Origin: Tubiluchus corallicola | Taxonomy: Eukaryota > Animalia > Priapulida | DNA: 64,000 nucleotides | Direction of reading: 5' to 3' | Assembly: GCA_030141605.1 (NCBI GenBank) | Contig: JAQGDQ010000131.1 | Coordinates: 1-64,000, forward strand | Part shown: piece after piece, positions 1 to 22,029 of the stretch | Numbering within the stretch: the stretch's first letter is position 1 | Layout of the letters: every line of letters begins with the position of its first letter | The notes under the pieces: generated by a model | The model's database searches: none | Seen by the model: the letters and a program-made list of their open reading frames with translations, nothing else | What the model was told of the DNA's origin: nothing | Program-made: the position numbers and the translations under genes

Positions 1-476
1 TATGTAATCTTATTCACATCGATTTATATTAGAAAATCAATCCTTTATGTAAGCAAAATTTAGACGATTGAGTTTTAAGTCTGGATTTGAACCAGATACT
101 CTGTGATATCCTATAAAATAAACATCAAATTATCTAATTTGTCCTGAATGTGACATTTGGAATAACTTCATTATTTTATTTGATCATTCCTGAGGCTTTA
201 CAGTGTCCAGTATTACAGTATAATATTTGATGAACTAATATTCTACCATCAGATTGAAAATAATTATACTTAATCACAAATAAGTATAGTTTTGAGATAA
301 GTATTAGTGTTTTGTATAATTTAATATTAGGCTTGTTTAAAATTCTTATAATTCGACTGGTAATGATTCGCAAATAGAAAGTAGTAACATACAGTTGCAA
401 TTATGAAAAAATATTTGAAAAAAAGAATTATACATTTTGTGACTTTTTAATTTTTACTGTACCAGGTGAATAACAT

Positions 477-1523
477 TCAGCCCACTTTCATTCCGAGTGT
501 TTTCTTGAAAGCTTTCCTTAGATGTTTACTCTTCCAGCTGTATAAAAGTACGTTGCTAAAAGAGTTACTAACTGTAGGCATGGCTAATACACTTAGCAAC
601 TTGAAGTTATATTCCATTGCATCTAACTTGATTAGTAAAAACACAATAATGTACGGACCCCAAGCGACCAAGTATGATCCAACCACAATGAAGACTGTTG
701 TTGCTGCCTTCAGTTCTTTCTTTACATTGATTTTCTTTCTTTTTTCAAAATTTACTTTTGCATTGGTCTCATGATTAGTCATTTCAATGCCCGAGATGGC
801 AGATGGTTGAGCATCTGTTTTCTGTGCATTAATGTTCTTTGAATGACGTCTTGCCACAATAAAGATCCTACCGTACATGTAGAAGAATCCCAGTAGAGGT
901 ATAAAGAAGGCTATGCATGCGTAGATGATGACAGACCTTGGGGTGGCACCATCTTTTATGTAAGACTCCATAGTAAACTCTTTTCCTTCAATGATCTTCA
1001 ATCCTATGGACAAGCCAACTGTGAAATAAAGTAGACAAAAAATCCAGCCACCGACAATAACAGTTCTGGCACGATTGATGGTAACATATGTGTAGTAGTG
1101 CAGCGGGTTCGTAATGAGTATGTACATATCAATAGTAACGGCTGTTAGAAAGAGAGACGACATGACCGATGATAGACTGCTGGTAAGGATGATGGTGATG
1201 ATGCTTATACTCTCATAGGAGTATAAGTAAACATGCTGCTTGATGCAATAAAGAAACACTGACAATCCCAGAAGCATATCAGCAATAGCCAAGTTACATA
1301 TGAACCAATATTTGACTTCACCGAAGAATTTCTCCCTCCAGAGGGAGACGATGACAACGGAATTGCTGAACACGACGAGAAAAACTACTAGCCAGTTTAA
1401 CAAGTAGCTAGGAATATAGATGGGTTCCAAGCAATCATTTCTGTTACAGCTGGTGTCGGTGTTATTGAAACTGTAAACTGGTTCAGAAATGTTTGCCACT
1501 TCGTTTTCAGGGAAAATGTGCAT
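477..1523 (-). CDS. Intronless class A (rhodopsin-like) GPCR, orphan, ~348 aa
   Basis: ORF 477..1568 with first ATG at 1523 (MHIFPENE). Seven hydrophobic segments; N-terminal N-glycosylation sites (NIS, NNT); TM2 LAIADMLLG; TM3 end TIDMYILITNPLHY (DRY variant); TM4 GW; TM5 FFIPL..MYGRIF; TM6 AWGPY; TM7 NSFSNVLLY; helix 8 HLRKAFKK. Confidence 0.92.
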   Translation of the reverse strand: MHIFPENEVANISEPVYSFNNTDTSCNRNDCLEPIYIPSYLLNWLVVFLVVFSNSVVIVSLWREKFFGEVKYWFICNLAIADMLLGLSVFLYCIKQHVYLYSYESISIITIILTSSLSSVMSSLFLTAVTIDMYILITNPLHYYTYVTINRARTVIVGGWIFCLLYFTVGLSIGLKIIEGKEFTMESYIKDGATPRSVIIYACIAFFIPLLGFFYMYGRIFIVARRHSKNINAQKTDAQPSAISGIEMTNHETNAKVNFEKRKKINVKKELKAATTVFIVVGSYLVAWGPYIIVFLLIKLDAMEYNFKLLSVLAMPTVSNSFSNVLLYSWKSKHLRKAFKKTLGMKVG

Positions 1524-2364
1524 TTTCAATTGAATATAAATTTTTTCAAGAAGACACTTTTTTGCCACGAATCACAGATGCGTCTATCATAGGCTGGTCT
1601 TGCATGATATGCATAGTGTATGCAACTGATGATAGTTAATGACGCATCAGTATGTTTCAGTTCTGTCAACTCTTCACAAACAATTTTACAAAGATAATTT
1701 CTGTAAATTTGCACTCGTCTGTGCTGCAAGACTGAATGAATTCGTCATCCTTTTATGTAATTACTAATGGAAAACATGAGTTTTTTCAACACAAATATAG
1801 ACTGTCGTGTGCAAAATCCATTAAGCTCATCTAGTGTGCTTGTCTTCTAAAGTGGCTCTTTTCAATTTGCGTACCTTTAAGAGGATTGGTTTTAACTTAC
1901 CTACGGATATATTGATTGTGGTCTTATAAATAGGTAGCCTTATAAATAGGTTAAAAGAAAATAGGACATGGCTTTGTGGCTATGGTGTTTATCTTGTTCA
2001 TTCACTGATATTAATTTGTTCTTTCATTTATTCATTTATTTATTCATTCATTCATTCATTCATTTGTTCACTCATTGAAACAGCAGCTAAAAGCAATGCT
2101 AAGTTAAAGTTAAGTTAAAAAAACATAAATAGAGTTGAGATAATTGTGGTGGCAACTAGCCTTTATTTGTTTGCACTTAAAAAATAATTATCACTCTATG
2201 TGCTGATATGTACACCGTCACTTTTCTTGTAATTTGCTTATTGTTTAAAATATGTTGTTTTATGCTCGCTGCTGTACGGAGTCCTTATTCGAGAAAAATT
2301 ACAAATTTCAGATAGCAAATTTGTGGTTTACTATTTAGGATATAATTGTTTTTCATTATCACAG

Positions 2365-14257
<11,893 letters not shown>

Positions 14258-16439
14258 GTGGAGTAATTACAAGGAATTCACAAGTTTTTTCTTTTGCTTC
14301 AATTGCAGTGGTACATGATTCCATTTCGAGATTTTTTTCTGATGAGGGCTAGTTTAGTGGATTTATGTTATTCAGATGTAGTTTGTGTAAGTTACAAAAT
14401 TTTGCAGTTGTATTTACACTGTTAGAATGCAGTAAACGAAATGCTGTCTCATGGTGGCATTTACACATTACTGTTGTAGGAGTAAGTGCCAATGCGTGTC
14501 TATAATTGTAGAAGTTTGAAGTTTTTAAGTGACGTTTATTATAATTCTAATAGAAACAAATATTAGATATATTTATAATTTCATGTGATTAAATTTGTAA
14601 TTGCATACTTCTGTATCAAACATTTAGTGCACAGTCACAAGTTTAATAAGTCGAAATTATAAACGTATCAAACAGTTTATCAGTCATCATTGCGTTTTAT
14701 TAGAACATGAGTGAACTTCAGTTTTCAATTCCCATATAATACATGGCTAGATATTTGTTCCTGCAACAGTACATATATAAATGGCAAAAGCGGTTTTCGT
14801 CTACTGTACGCTATCCAGTGTAACATAACTATAACTTTTGTAAAATCTTCAGTATTTTGAAAAAGTAATCACAGTTTTTGAACAGTATTATGTTGTGTAT
14901 TTTTACTTTCATATGTATCTTTCAATGGTCATATTTTTGTACTTTACAAATATTTAATCGTATATCAGTATTTTGTTAATTTTTTGTACATACACATTAT
15001 TTTTTAAACGATGAAAAAATTACATTTCGGTCTCCTTTAGCTCTCCTCATTTATAATAATACGTGCCAAATTTCTGTCATGCTACTTACGTAACATTAAA
15101 TTTATTGTTTATTGTTCTAATATTTTGACACATTATCATTATATTATACTGATAACAAGTTTCTGTAACATTATAAAAGCTTGTCATTTATGTAAAGTAC
15201 GTACTTATAATTTACAACCACAAAATCATTTTTTTATTCTTTCCGTTAGTCATTTATTAAAAGGTAATCATTGAATTTGTGTACTGGTGCATATATAACT
15301 TGTATTTTGATATTAGTATTTTTAATTATAATATTTTTTCAAATAATATGTAGTTTTTCCTATATTTTGTAACCAAAAACTTTTCTTAAAATGTATTATT
15401 CGTGTATCTCGTTAATTTATGTAACGTCATATATTATTCACTATATTTATACTGTGTACTAAAGTTATGCATTAATGTATTACCATATCTTTATTTTAAT
15501 GGTTATTTGTTAAAATTAAAGAAAGCATTTAACAAAATTTGTTATGTACTCTTATTTGTATTATTATTTGTTCTATGTTTTTCATGTAAGTAACATAGCT
15601 GTGATGTCATTTGCCAGTTAGTCATGTATGTTGTGAAATATGTTTACGATACTAGTACCAAATTCTGATGGTGGTGCTTACGACAGCAATAAATTGTGAT
15701 ACTCGAGCATTGTGAACCACTGTTACTCTACATAGAAGAAAGTTTTTCAAAAATTACTGCAACATTCCAATATATTATAGATCTAAACAGAGAATCCTCT
15801 TTAAATTACAAACAGTTAGTAAGCTATTTACTAAATGAATTCGTATGCTTTCGACAACAGTTTTGTGAGGTACGTTGTTAAAAAAAATTTTGGGTTATTT
15901 TGTTGATGTATAGAAACTAGTAATCTTCATCCCAAACTAATAGTTGTTATGAATTTACAAAATCATAGAAATAAAATAAAATTATAATAATTGTATGTAT
16001 AATTATCATAATTATACATACAAAAATGGTTAAGCCACCACCACTTAAACATGCTTCCATGATTCCAATCCTATACACATACTTCATAAAATTTTTCTAC
16101 TTTAGTGCTTAAAATTTTGTCGAATAGGTGGCAGCACGCAGCAAGTTTTAGAAAGGACTGCTTTCTATTAATTATTGCTCATAACGGGTTAACACAAAAC
16201 TTAAACATTGCAATCATATCTTTTAACTATTTTACCGTGTAAGATGTGATGCCAAAGTTTACAAGAATGAACATATTATCAAAACTGCTTAACCTGGATG
16301 CAATGTTTTTTCTTTGACCACTTTCTAAAAAAAGTGTTTTAGTTTTCTATTGTGTTTGTAAAATACATACGATTCCTGTAACTTTTTCACATAATTATAA
16401 TTTTTTTGTAAGGCGTTAGAGGCGTCTTACATTAAGTAG

Positions 16440-17699
16440 TTAGTTAGATTAAGCGTTAGTGACGCCACATTAAGGCGTCGAACATGCCTACTTCAACCAA
16501 ATTTAGACCTAGGATTTGACAATAGAGACGCACTACAAAACCAACTAGAAAAGCTAAATGAGCTAATTCTGAACCAGAATATTAGGCTAAGGAAAATCGA
16601 AGATGCCTTAAGTGCAAAGCCTAGACCATCTATAAATGTCGAAACACAGACAGATAACAGCGTACTAGAAAAGACAGACACGTATGGCAGAAAAACCGAT
16701 GACAGAGACAATGTGCATAAGACCAACATTAGCGAGATGCGACATAATCCTACACCAAAAACTCTGAATGCTGCGACAGAGACCCTCATTTTAGGTGATT
16801 CGGGAACCAGATATCTAAACCCACAAGACATTTGCAGAAACATTCAAGTACACTCTTATAGGGGAATTACTATGGAGGAACTCAAAGAACTTGTTGCGAC
16901 ACAGTATCCTGCAAAAAAGATTGAAAGTGTCATTCTGACATGTGGAGTTAACGACATTAAACAAGCACTGGAGAGAACTCAATTTCAAGGCTCGGAATCA
17001 TGCCAGCAAGAGGAAGAAATGGTTGCCGATTTAATCACGAACACCCAGGACTGTATAGGTAATATTAAAGCAAAATTTGACTGTTGTAATATATTTGTTT
17101 GTAATATCCCCACGCTTAAATCAAATAAGTACGCACAGGCTAAAGTAATTGATATTGCAAAGGCAAATTCAAGCATTCGCTCGTACAATGACCAGTTGCT
17201 TAATATGATTGAAAATTCAGAATTAGATGACGTCAAAATTTGTGATTTAGTTAGCCATTTCACAGATGAAAACTTAATGGCTAGAGATGGCTTGCATTTT
17301 AGTAGGCTGGGGGTCAGCAAGTTAACAGAACGTATGAAATTGTGTATAAATGACAAAGATCGTTGGTACAGAGCGAAAAAAAGCAACAGCTATCACGTAT
17401 CTAGAGTACCTTCTGTGGAAAACAGTAATTTTAGGCCGTCAACTTATGCTAATGCAGTAAATGGGCCTTATCCTATAAACGTGTCGAAGCCTGGCCTACT
17501 GCCGACCCCGTTTACAACAGATAATAGGTCATTAACTACTAGGCCCACAAGCGTTACAACACCTGCAATTAGTACAAACCACTTCAATGAGAAACCAGAA
17601 CTTGTGAATAGGCCTAGCTCGTTTGTATTGAGCACCTCGTATTGGGCAGACAATAACAAGGACTCTACTAACGCCGGTCAACGCCGTGTCGAAGCCTAA
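16440..17699 (+). CDS. LINE ORF1p: coiled coil + SGNH/GDSL esterase + Pro/Ser/Thr-rich tail (start codon uncertain)
   Basis: Frame open from 16440, first in-frame ATG at 16737. Heptad-like LQNQLEKLNELILNQNIRLRKIEDAL; SGNH blocks LILGDS, RG, CGVND, DGLH. Confidence 0.8.
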   Translation, partial: LVRLSVSDATLRRRTCLLQPNLDLGFDNRDALQNQLEKLNELILNQNIRLRKIEDALSAKPRPSINVETQTDNSVLEKTDTYGRKTDDRDNVHKTNISEMRHNPTPKTLNAATETLILGDSGTRYLNPQDICRNIQVHSYRGITMEELKELVATQYPAKKIESVILTCGVNDIKQALERTQFQGSESCQQEEEMVADLITNTQDCIGNIKAKFDCCNIFVCNIPTLKSNKYAQAKVIDIAKANSSIRSYNDQLLNMIENSELDDVKICDLVSHFTDENLMARDGLHFSRLGVSKLTERMKLCINDKDRWYRAKKSNSYHVSRVPSVENSNFRPSTYANAVNGPYPINVSKPGLLPTPFTTDNRSLTTRPTSVTTPAISTNHFNEKPELVNRPSSFVLSTSYWADNNKDSTNAGQRRVEA

Positions 17700-17996
17700 T
17701 GCACGAAGATGCTAGGTCTTCACATACAGATAATGAAAACACGGGATACACGAGAAACGCAAACCAACACGATTTTGCAAACACAGAACCCTATATACAA
17801 AACAATCAGATTAAAAAGCAAGGTGAACTAAAAAAGGCCTTTTAAACACTGATGCGTGAACTCGTTGCTAAGGTCATATAGAAATATACAGCACGCATAA
17901 TTAGAACCCCAGAATAAAATATAAAGTATTCTCGTACTAATAAATGTACACAAAGCTGTTTTTATCATTTTACTGTTTATATATTTTATCTAAATA

Positions 17997-20900
17997 ATGG
18001 GTTCCAATTTTATTATTATATTTAAATTTGTCACGATAATTGCTGTAGTCGTCTTAATTAATTTCATTTCACAATATAAAATAGCAAAGTCTGCGTTTAA
18101 TGATGGAAGCAACTGTAAAATACAATTAGTTATTTCTTTCTCTTGTCATATGTTATTTCTAATCAGCATACAAACATTCACGAACATAGCAAAGAAATTA
18201 CCAGTTAGTGTGTTAATAATAATTATAGCTATCTGGAAAATTAACAGTATATCAACATTTTACTCACTGTACTTTGTTCAAAACGCAATTGGAATTTTAT
18301 ATTACATAACTATTTATTATGGATGCATTAAGCCGAGTAAACTATGTACAAAATTAATTTTTATAACAGCAGTGTGCTTACTTTGGAGCTCAGAAAATAT
18401 CACTGTATATGTGGTTGAATTGAGGCATCTGTATTATAAGCAATATGTCACGCGATTAACTCTCTTTACTATTGCAATACTATCGTTACTAATATCGCTC
18501 TATATAAAAGTTCGAAAGCAAATTCGTTTGGTGCAGCCCTACTATAAGTGCATACAAACTATTGTAAGAGTGATTCAAATTTATACTAACTTTACACATG
18601 CACTATTAATTACTGTTTTGCTACTCATATTAGGAGGAATCGAAAGTAACCCAGGCCCAACAAAATACAATAACCCAACAATAAATACAGAATTAAAAAG
18701 TTTCATTTACAATTATAAAAAACATCTAAAGTTCCTTCACATTAATATTCAAAGCTTAGTAAAAAAACATGAATATCTAAAAAATACAGTCCATGCCACG
18801 GAAAATCTAATTATTGGCATAAGTGAAACATGGCTACATAAACAAATTTCAAGTACTTCCATACAGTTACCAAATCACACATTATTCAGAAGGGATCGAA
18901 CAAAAAACAAAAAAGGAGGAGGATTAGCCATCTATATACCATCACATTTCACAGCCACAGAAACAAAGGGTATGCGAACAGGAAAGATTGAATCTCTGTG
19001 GTGCAATATCGGGGATTACTTAGTATGCACTGTTTATAGACCTCCAAATACTAAATTAAAAACTTTTTTTAAATACTTCGGAATAGAATTAGAAAGAGCA
19101 GTATTTGAAAACAAACAAATCTTAATTATGGGCGATTTTAATATTAACACTCTTACTAATAATACTGCTTCCTATACAAAGTACAAAGAACTTCTAAATT
19201 TATTTAATGTGGAACTATTAAACAACGATAAACCAACAAGGTGCAATAAAACGTCTTTTACTTTAATCGATCATTTTATTACTAATAACCCTTGCAAATT
19301 CATAGCTCATGACAGTATACCTTGTGAATATTCAGATCACAATTTTATAATTACTGCTGATAAATTATTCCACTTAAATGCAGCAAATCATAATTCGTGT
19401 TGGAAAAGTTTCAGAGATTTCACCCACTATAATGAGACATACTTTTTAAATGACTTAGCTAAAATGAACTGGAGCGAGATATACCTTACAACAAATATAA
19501 ACACTCAAGTAGACATTTTAATAAACAATATCCAATACTGCTTAGATCTTCATGCACCTTTCAAAAAAGTTAAAGAATTGAACATCAAATCAAAGCTTAA
19601 TTGTGAAAGTAATTGGACAAATGTTGAACTTAATGATTTAAGAAATAGTAAAAATAACTTATATAACATATGGCTTAACACTAAATCTAAAAATGACCAC
19701 ATAAAGTACAAGAAAGCTAGAAACAAATTCAACAATCTTAATAAAATTCTAAAAAACAGATATATTCAAAAACAATGCAGTAGTGCCTCCACTACAAAAC
19801 AAAAATGGACAGTGATCAACAATGTTATAAATAAACATAAAAATAAACAAAATAGGTTAAATGAACTTAAAATCAACAATACCACAATAACGAAACCCAA
19901 AGATATTGCGAATTTGTTAAATGAGACGTTTGTTAACCTCGGAAACTTTAATTTGCAGAATGATTATACTGATACCATAAAGGACAAACTAAAAACTATA
20001 GGACCTGCAAATAACCAATTTTCATTTTCCAGTGTTACGTTTGCTGACATTTTAAAAATAATAAATAATTTAGATGCCAATAAAGGTAGTGGCACATCTG
20101 ACATACCAATAAAAATTCTAAAGGACAGTATGCATTTAATTGCTCCACATATGACCTATATCACTAACCAAATAATAATGCGTGGCAAATTTCCTGATCA
20201 ATGCAAAACAGATAATATTACACCAATCCACAAAAAGAATGCTAAAGATGAACCAATAAATTACAGACCAGTATCAATAGTTCATTGTATGAGTAAAATT
20301 TGGGAAAGAGTAATCTATAATCAAATTATTACATATGTCAATCAAAATGAACTCTTATCGAAACATCAATTCGGATTTAGAAAAAAACATTCAACTGTGG
20401 ATGCTATAATAAACGTAACTGAAAACTGGCGAGATAATCTTGATAAAAACAAATATGTGGCAGCAGCTTTTCTAGATTTAAGTAAAGCTTTCGACAGTTT
20501 AAATCACACACTATTACTAGATAATTTGAAAGAACTTGGATTTGAACAATCAGCTTTAAAATTAATTAATGATTACCTACGAAATAGAAAGCAGCGGGTT
20601 AAAATAAACTCTACAACATTCTCAGATTGGGCTAACCTTCAACGAGGTATCCCACAGGGCACACTGTTGGGACCTCTACTGTTTAACCTTTACATCAACA
20701 ATATTTCTAACGTTCTACAACATTCAAGTATTACGCAATATGCAGACGATACGACTATTTATCTAGCTCACGATAATATCAGCATTGCAAAACAGTACTT
20801 AGAAAAAGACATAAAGAATATCAACATGGCATTTAATTATTACAAGCTAAAAATGAATAGTGACAAAACAGAATTTATGGTATTATCCCCAACAATTAAC

Positions 20901-21653
20901 AATACTGAAAATACAGCTGCTATATCCTTGCAAATAGAAAATGATGCTATCGTGCAGTCAAAAGTTGTTAATTTCTTAGGCGTTAAGTTGGACAACATGC
21001 TTACATGGGAAGAGCAGTTTATCAACATTTATAAAAAAATGGCATTAAGTACTTCGTACCTTCGACAAATCAGAGGACAACTATCAAAACAAACAAAAAT
21101 TCTAATTTACAAAACTTTAATTTTGCCCCATTATTTATATGCCTGCATACTATACCAAAAAGTGAAAAGAGAGTCACACATCAAGTTAAATGTACTTCAA
21201 AACTACGCTTTACGATTAGTTAATGGCCATTCTTTGAAATCATCTCACAATACAAGTAAATATTCTGCCACCTCTTTAAGAAACTCCATGAAAATCCCGA
21301 TACTAGAAGCCCACAGAGATTATCAAACTCTCCTGTTTCTCTATAAATATATCAACAATATTAATGCTCCCTTTGAAAACAATAAGCTCCCACTTCTTAA
21401 AAACCCCAGTATGAATAACAGAACACTAAATTTAAGAAACATCAGAACGAACAACCAATATGGAAAGTATTCCATTACTAAACAAGCTATACAACTTTGG
21501 AATTCATTACCGACATCACTAAAACACAGCAGCTCTTTAACAATATTCAAGTTTAAATTAAAAAAACATTTAATGACACGTTTTGAATATCCGACATACG
21601 AACACGATGACACCTACTCAAATCATAATTTCATTTTTCCCAGACCGTACTAA
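17997..21653 (+). CDS. LINE ORF2 polyprotein: hydrophobic N-terminal domain - 2A-like peptide - APE endonuclease - reverse transcriptase
   Basis: 1218 uninterrupted codons. APE motifs HINIQS, ISETWL, GGGLAIY, YRPP, GDFN, IDH, SDH. RT motifs YRPVS, QFGFR, DLSKAFD, GIPQGTLLGPLLF, YADD, FLGV. C-terminal LWNSLP..FKFKLK. Confidence 0.95.
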   Translation: MGSNFIIIFKFVTIIAVVVLINFISQYKIAKSAFNDGSNCKIQLVISFSCHMLFLISIQTFTNIAKKLPVSVLIIIIAIWKINSISTFYSLYFVQNAIGILYYITIYYGCIKPSKLCTKLIFITAVCLLWSSENITVYVVELRHLYYKQYVTRLTLFTIAILSLLISLYIKVRKQIRLVQPYYKCIQTIVRVIQIYTNFTHALLITVLLLILGGIESNPGPTKYNNPTINTELKSFIYNYKKHLKFLHINIQSLVKKHEYLKNTVHATENLIIGISETWLHKQISSTSIQLPNHTLFRRDRTKNKKGGGLAIYIPSHFTATETKGMRTGKIESLWCNIGDYLVCTVYRPPNTKLKTFFKYFGIELERAVFENKQILIMGDFNINTLTNNTASYTKYKELLNLFNVELLNNDKPTRCNKTSFTLIDHFITNNPCKFIAHDSIPCEYSDHNFIITADKLFHLNAANHNSCWKSFRDFTHYNETYFLNDLAKMNWSEIYLTTNINTQVDILINNIQYCLDLHAPFKKVKELNIKSKLNCESNWTNVELNDLRNSKNNLYNIWLNTKSKNDHIKYKKARNKFNNLNKILKNRYIQKQCSSASTTKQKWTVINNVINKHKNKQNRLNELKINNTTITKPKDIANLLNETFVNLGNFNLQNDYTDTIKDKLKTIGPANNQFSFSSVTFADILKIINNLDANKGSGTSDIPIKILKDSMHLIAPHMTYITNQIIMRGKFPDQCKTDNITPIHKKNAKDEPINYRPVSIVHCMSKIWERVIYNQIITYVNQNELLSKHQFGFRKKHSTVDAIINVTENWRDNLDKNKYVAAAFLDLSKAFDSLNHTLLLDNLKELGFEQSALKLINDYLRNRKQRVKINSTTFSDWANLQRGIPQGTLLGPLLFNLYINNISNVLQHSSITQYADDTTIYLAHDNISIAKQYLEKDIKNINMAFNYYKLKMNSDKTEFMVLSPTINNTENTAAISLQIENDAIVQSKVVNFLGVKLDNMLTWEEQFINIYKKMALSTSYLRQIRGQLSKQTKILIYKTLILPHYLYACILYQKVKRESHIKLNVLQNYALRLVNGHSLKSSHNTSKYSATSLRNSMKIPILEAHRDYQTLLFLYKYINNINAPFENNKLPLLKNPSMNNRTLNLRNIRTNNQYGKYSITKQAIQLWNSLPTSLKHSSSLTIFKFKLKKHLMTRFEYPTYEHDDTYSNHNFIFPRPY
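18600..18659 (+). other. 2A-like (StopGo) peptide ALLITVLLLILGGIESNPG|P
   Basis: Matches the D(V/I)ExNPGP consensus with G in the D position, preceded by a hydrophobic helix, at ORF2 codons ~202-221 just before the APE domain. Confidence 0.75.
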
Positions 21654-22029
21654 ACTAGTTTATATTTTATTTTTTGAAATTCTAGTTGCACTTATAGTTT
21701 AGCTTGCACCAGACGCATTTGCCCAGAACAGTGTATGTTTAATTTCATATGAACTAACACTGATTGTCTGTCTTGTATTATGATGGTCAATGTTTTAAAA
21801 TGGCAAATAAAGATTTTACTACTACTACTACTACTTGTTAACCAAACTCCACTGCGCTACAGTGACTGCACACAGTTCAGGTATGCAAAGAAATTGTGCA
21901 GAACAACAATTTCATTTATTTATGAGATGATTCAAAGATGGTATGCAATTTGCTTTGAAAACAAATCATTCTAATAGGCACAGTTTCATGCCACCAAGTA
22001 AAGCAAGTTTATTAAGAGTGGCTTGCTAT

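Larger units (their letters stand above)
16440..21835 (+). mobile_element. Near full-length non-LTR retrotransposon (LINE, CR1/L2 group, e.g. L2/Crack/Daphne-like); 5' boundary uncertain
   Basis: Esterase ORF1 + APE-RT ORF2, short 3' UTR, AATAAA at 21806 and (TAC)6 tail at 21817-21834. Confidence 0.93.

Noticed and set aside
15366-15382. Possible target-site duplication for the LINE (ttgtaaccaaaaact vs ttgttaaccaaact after the tail)
   Set aside because: Imperfect match in AT-rich DNA, so it cannot define the 5' boundary.
16493-17659. Minus-strand ORFs opposite LINE ORF1 (also those opposite ORF2, the GPCR and exons)
   Set aside because: Antisense shadows of real coding sequence; no independent motifs.
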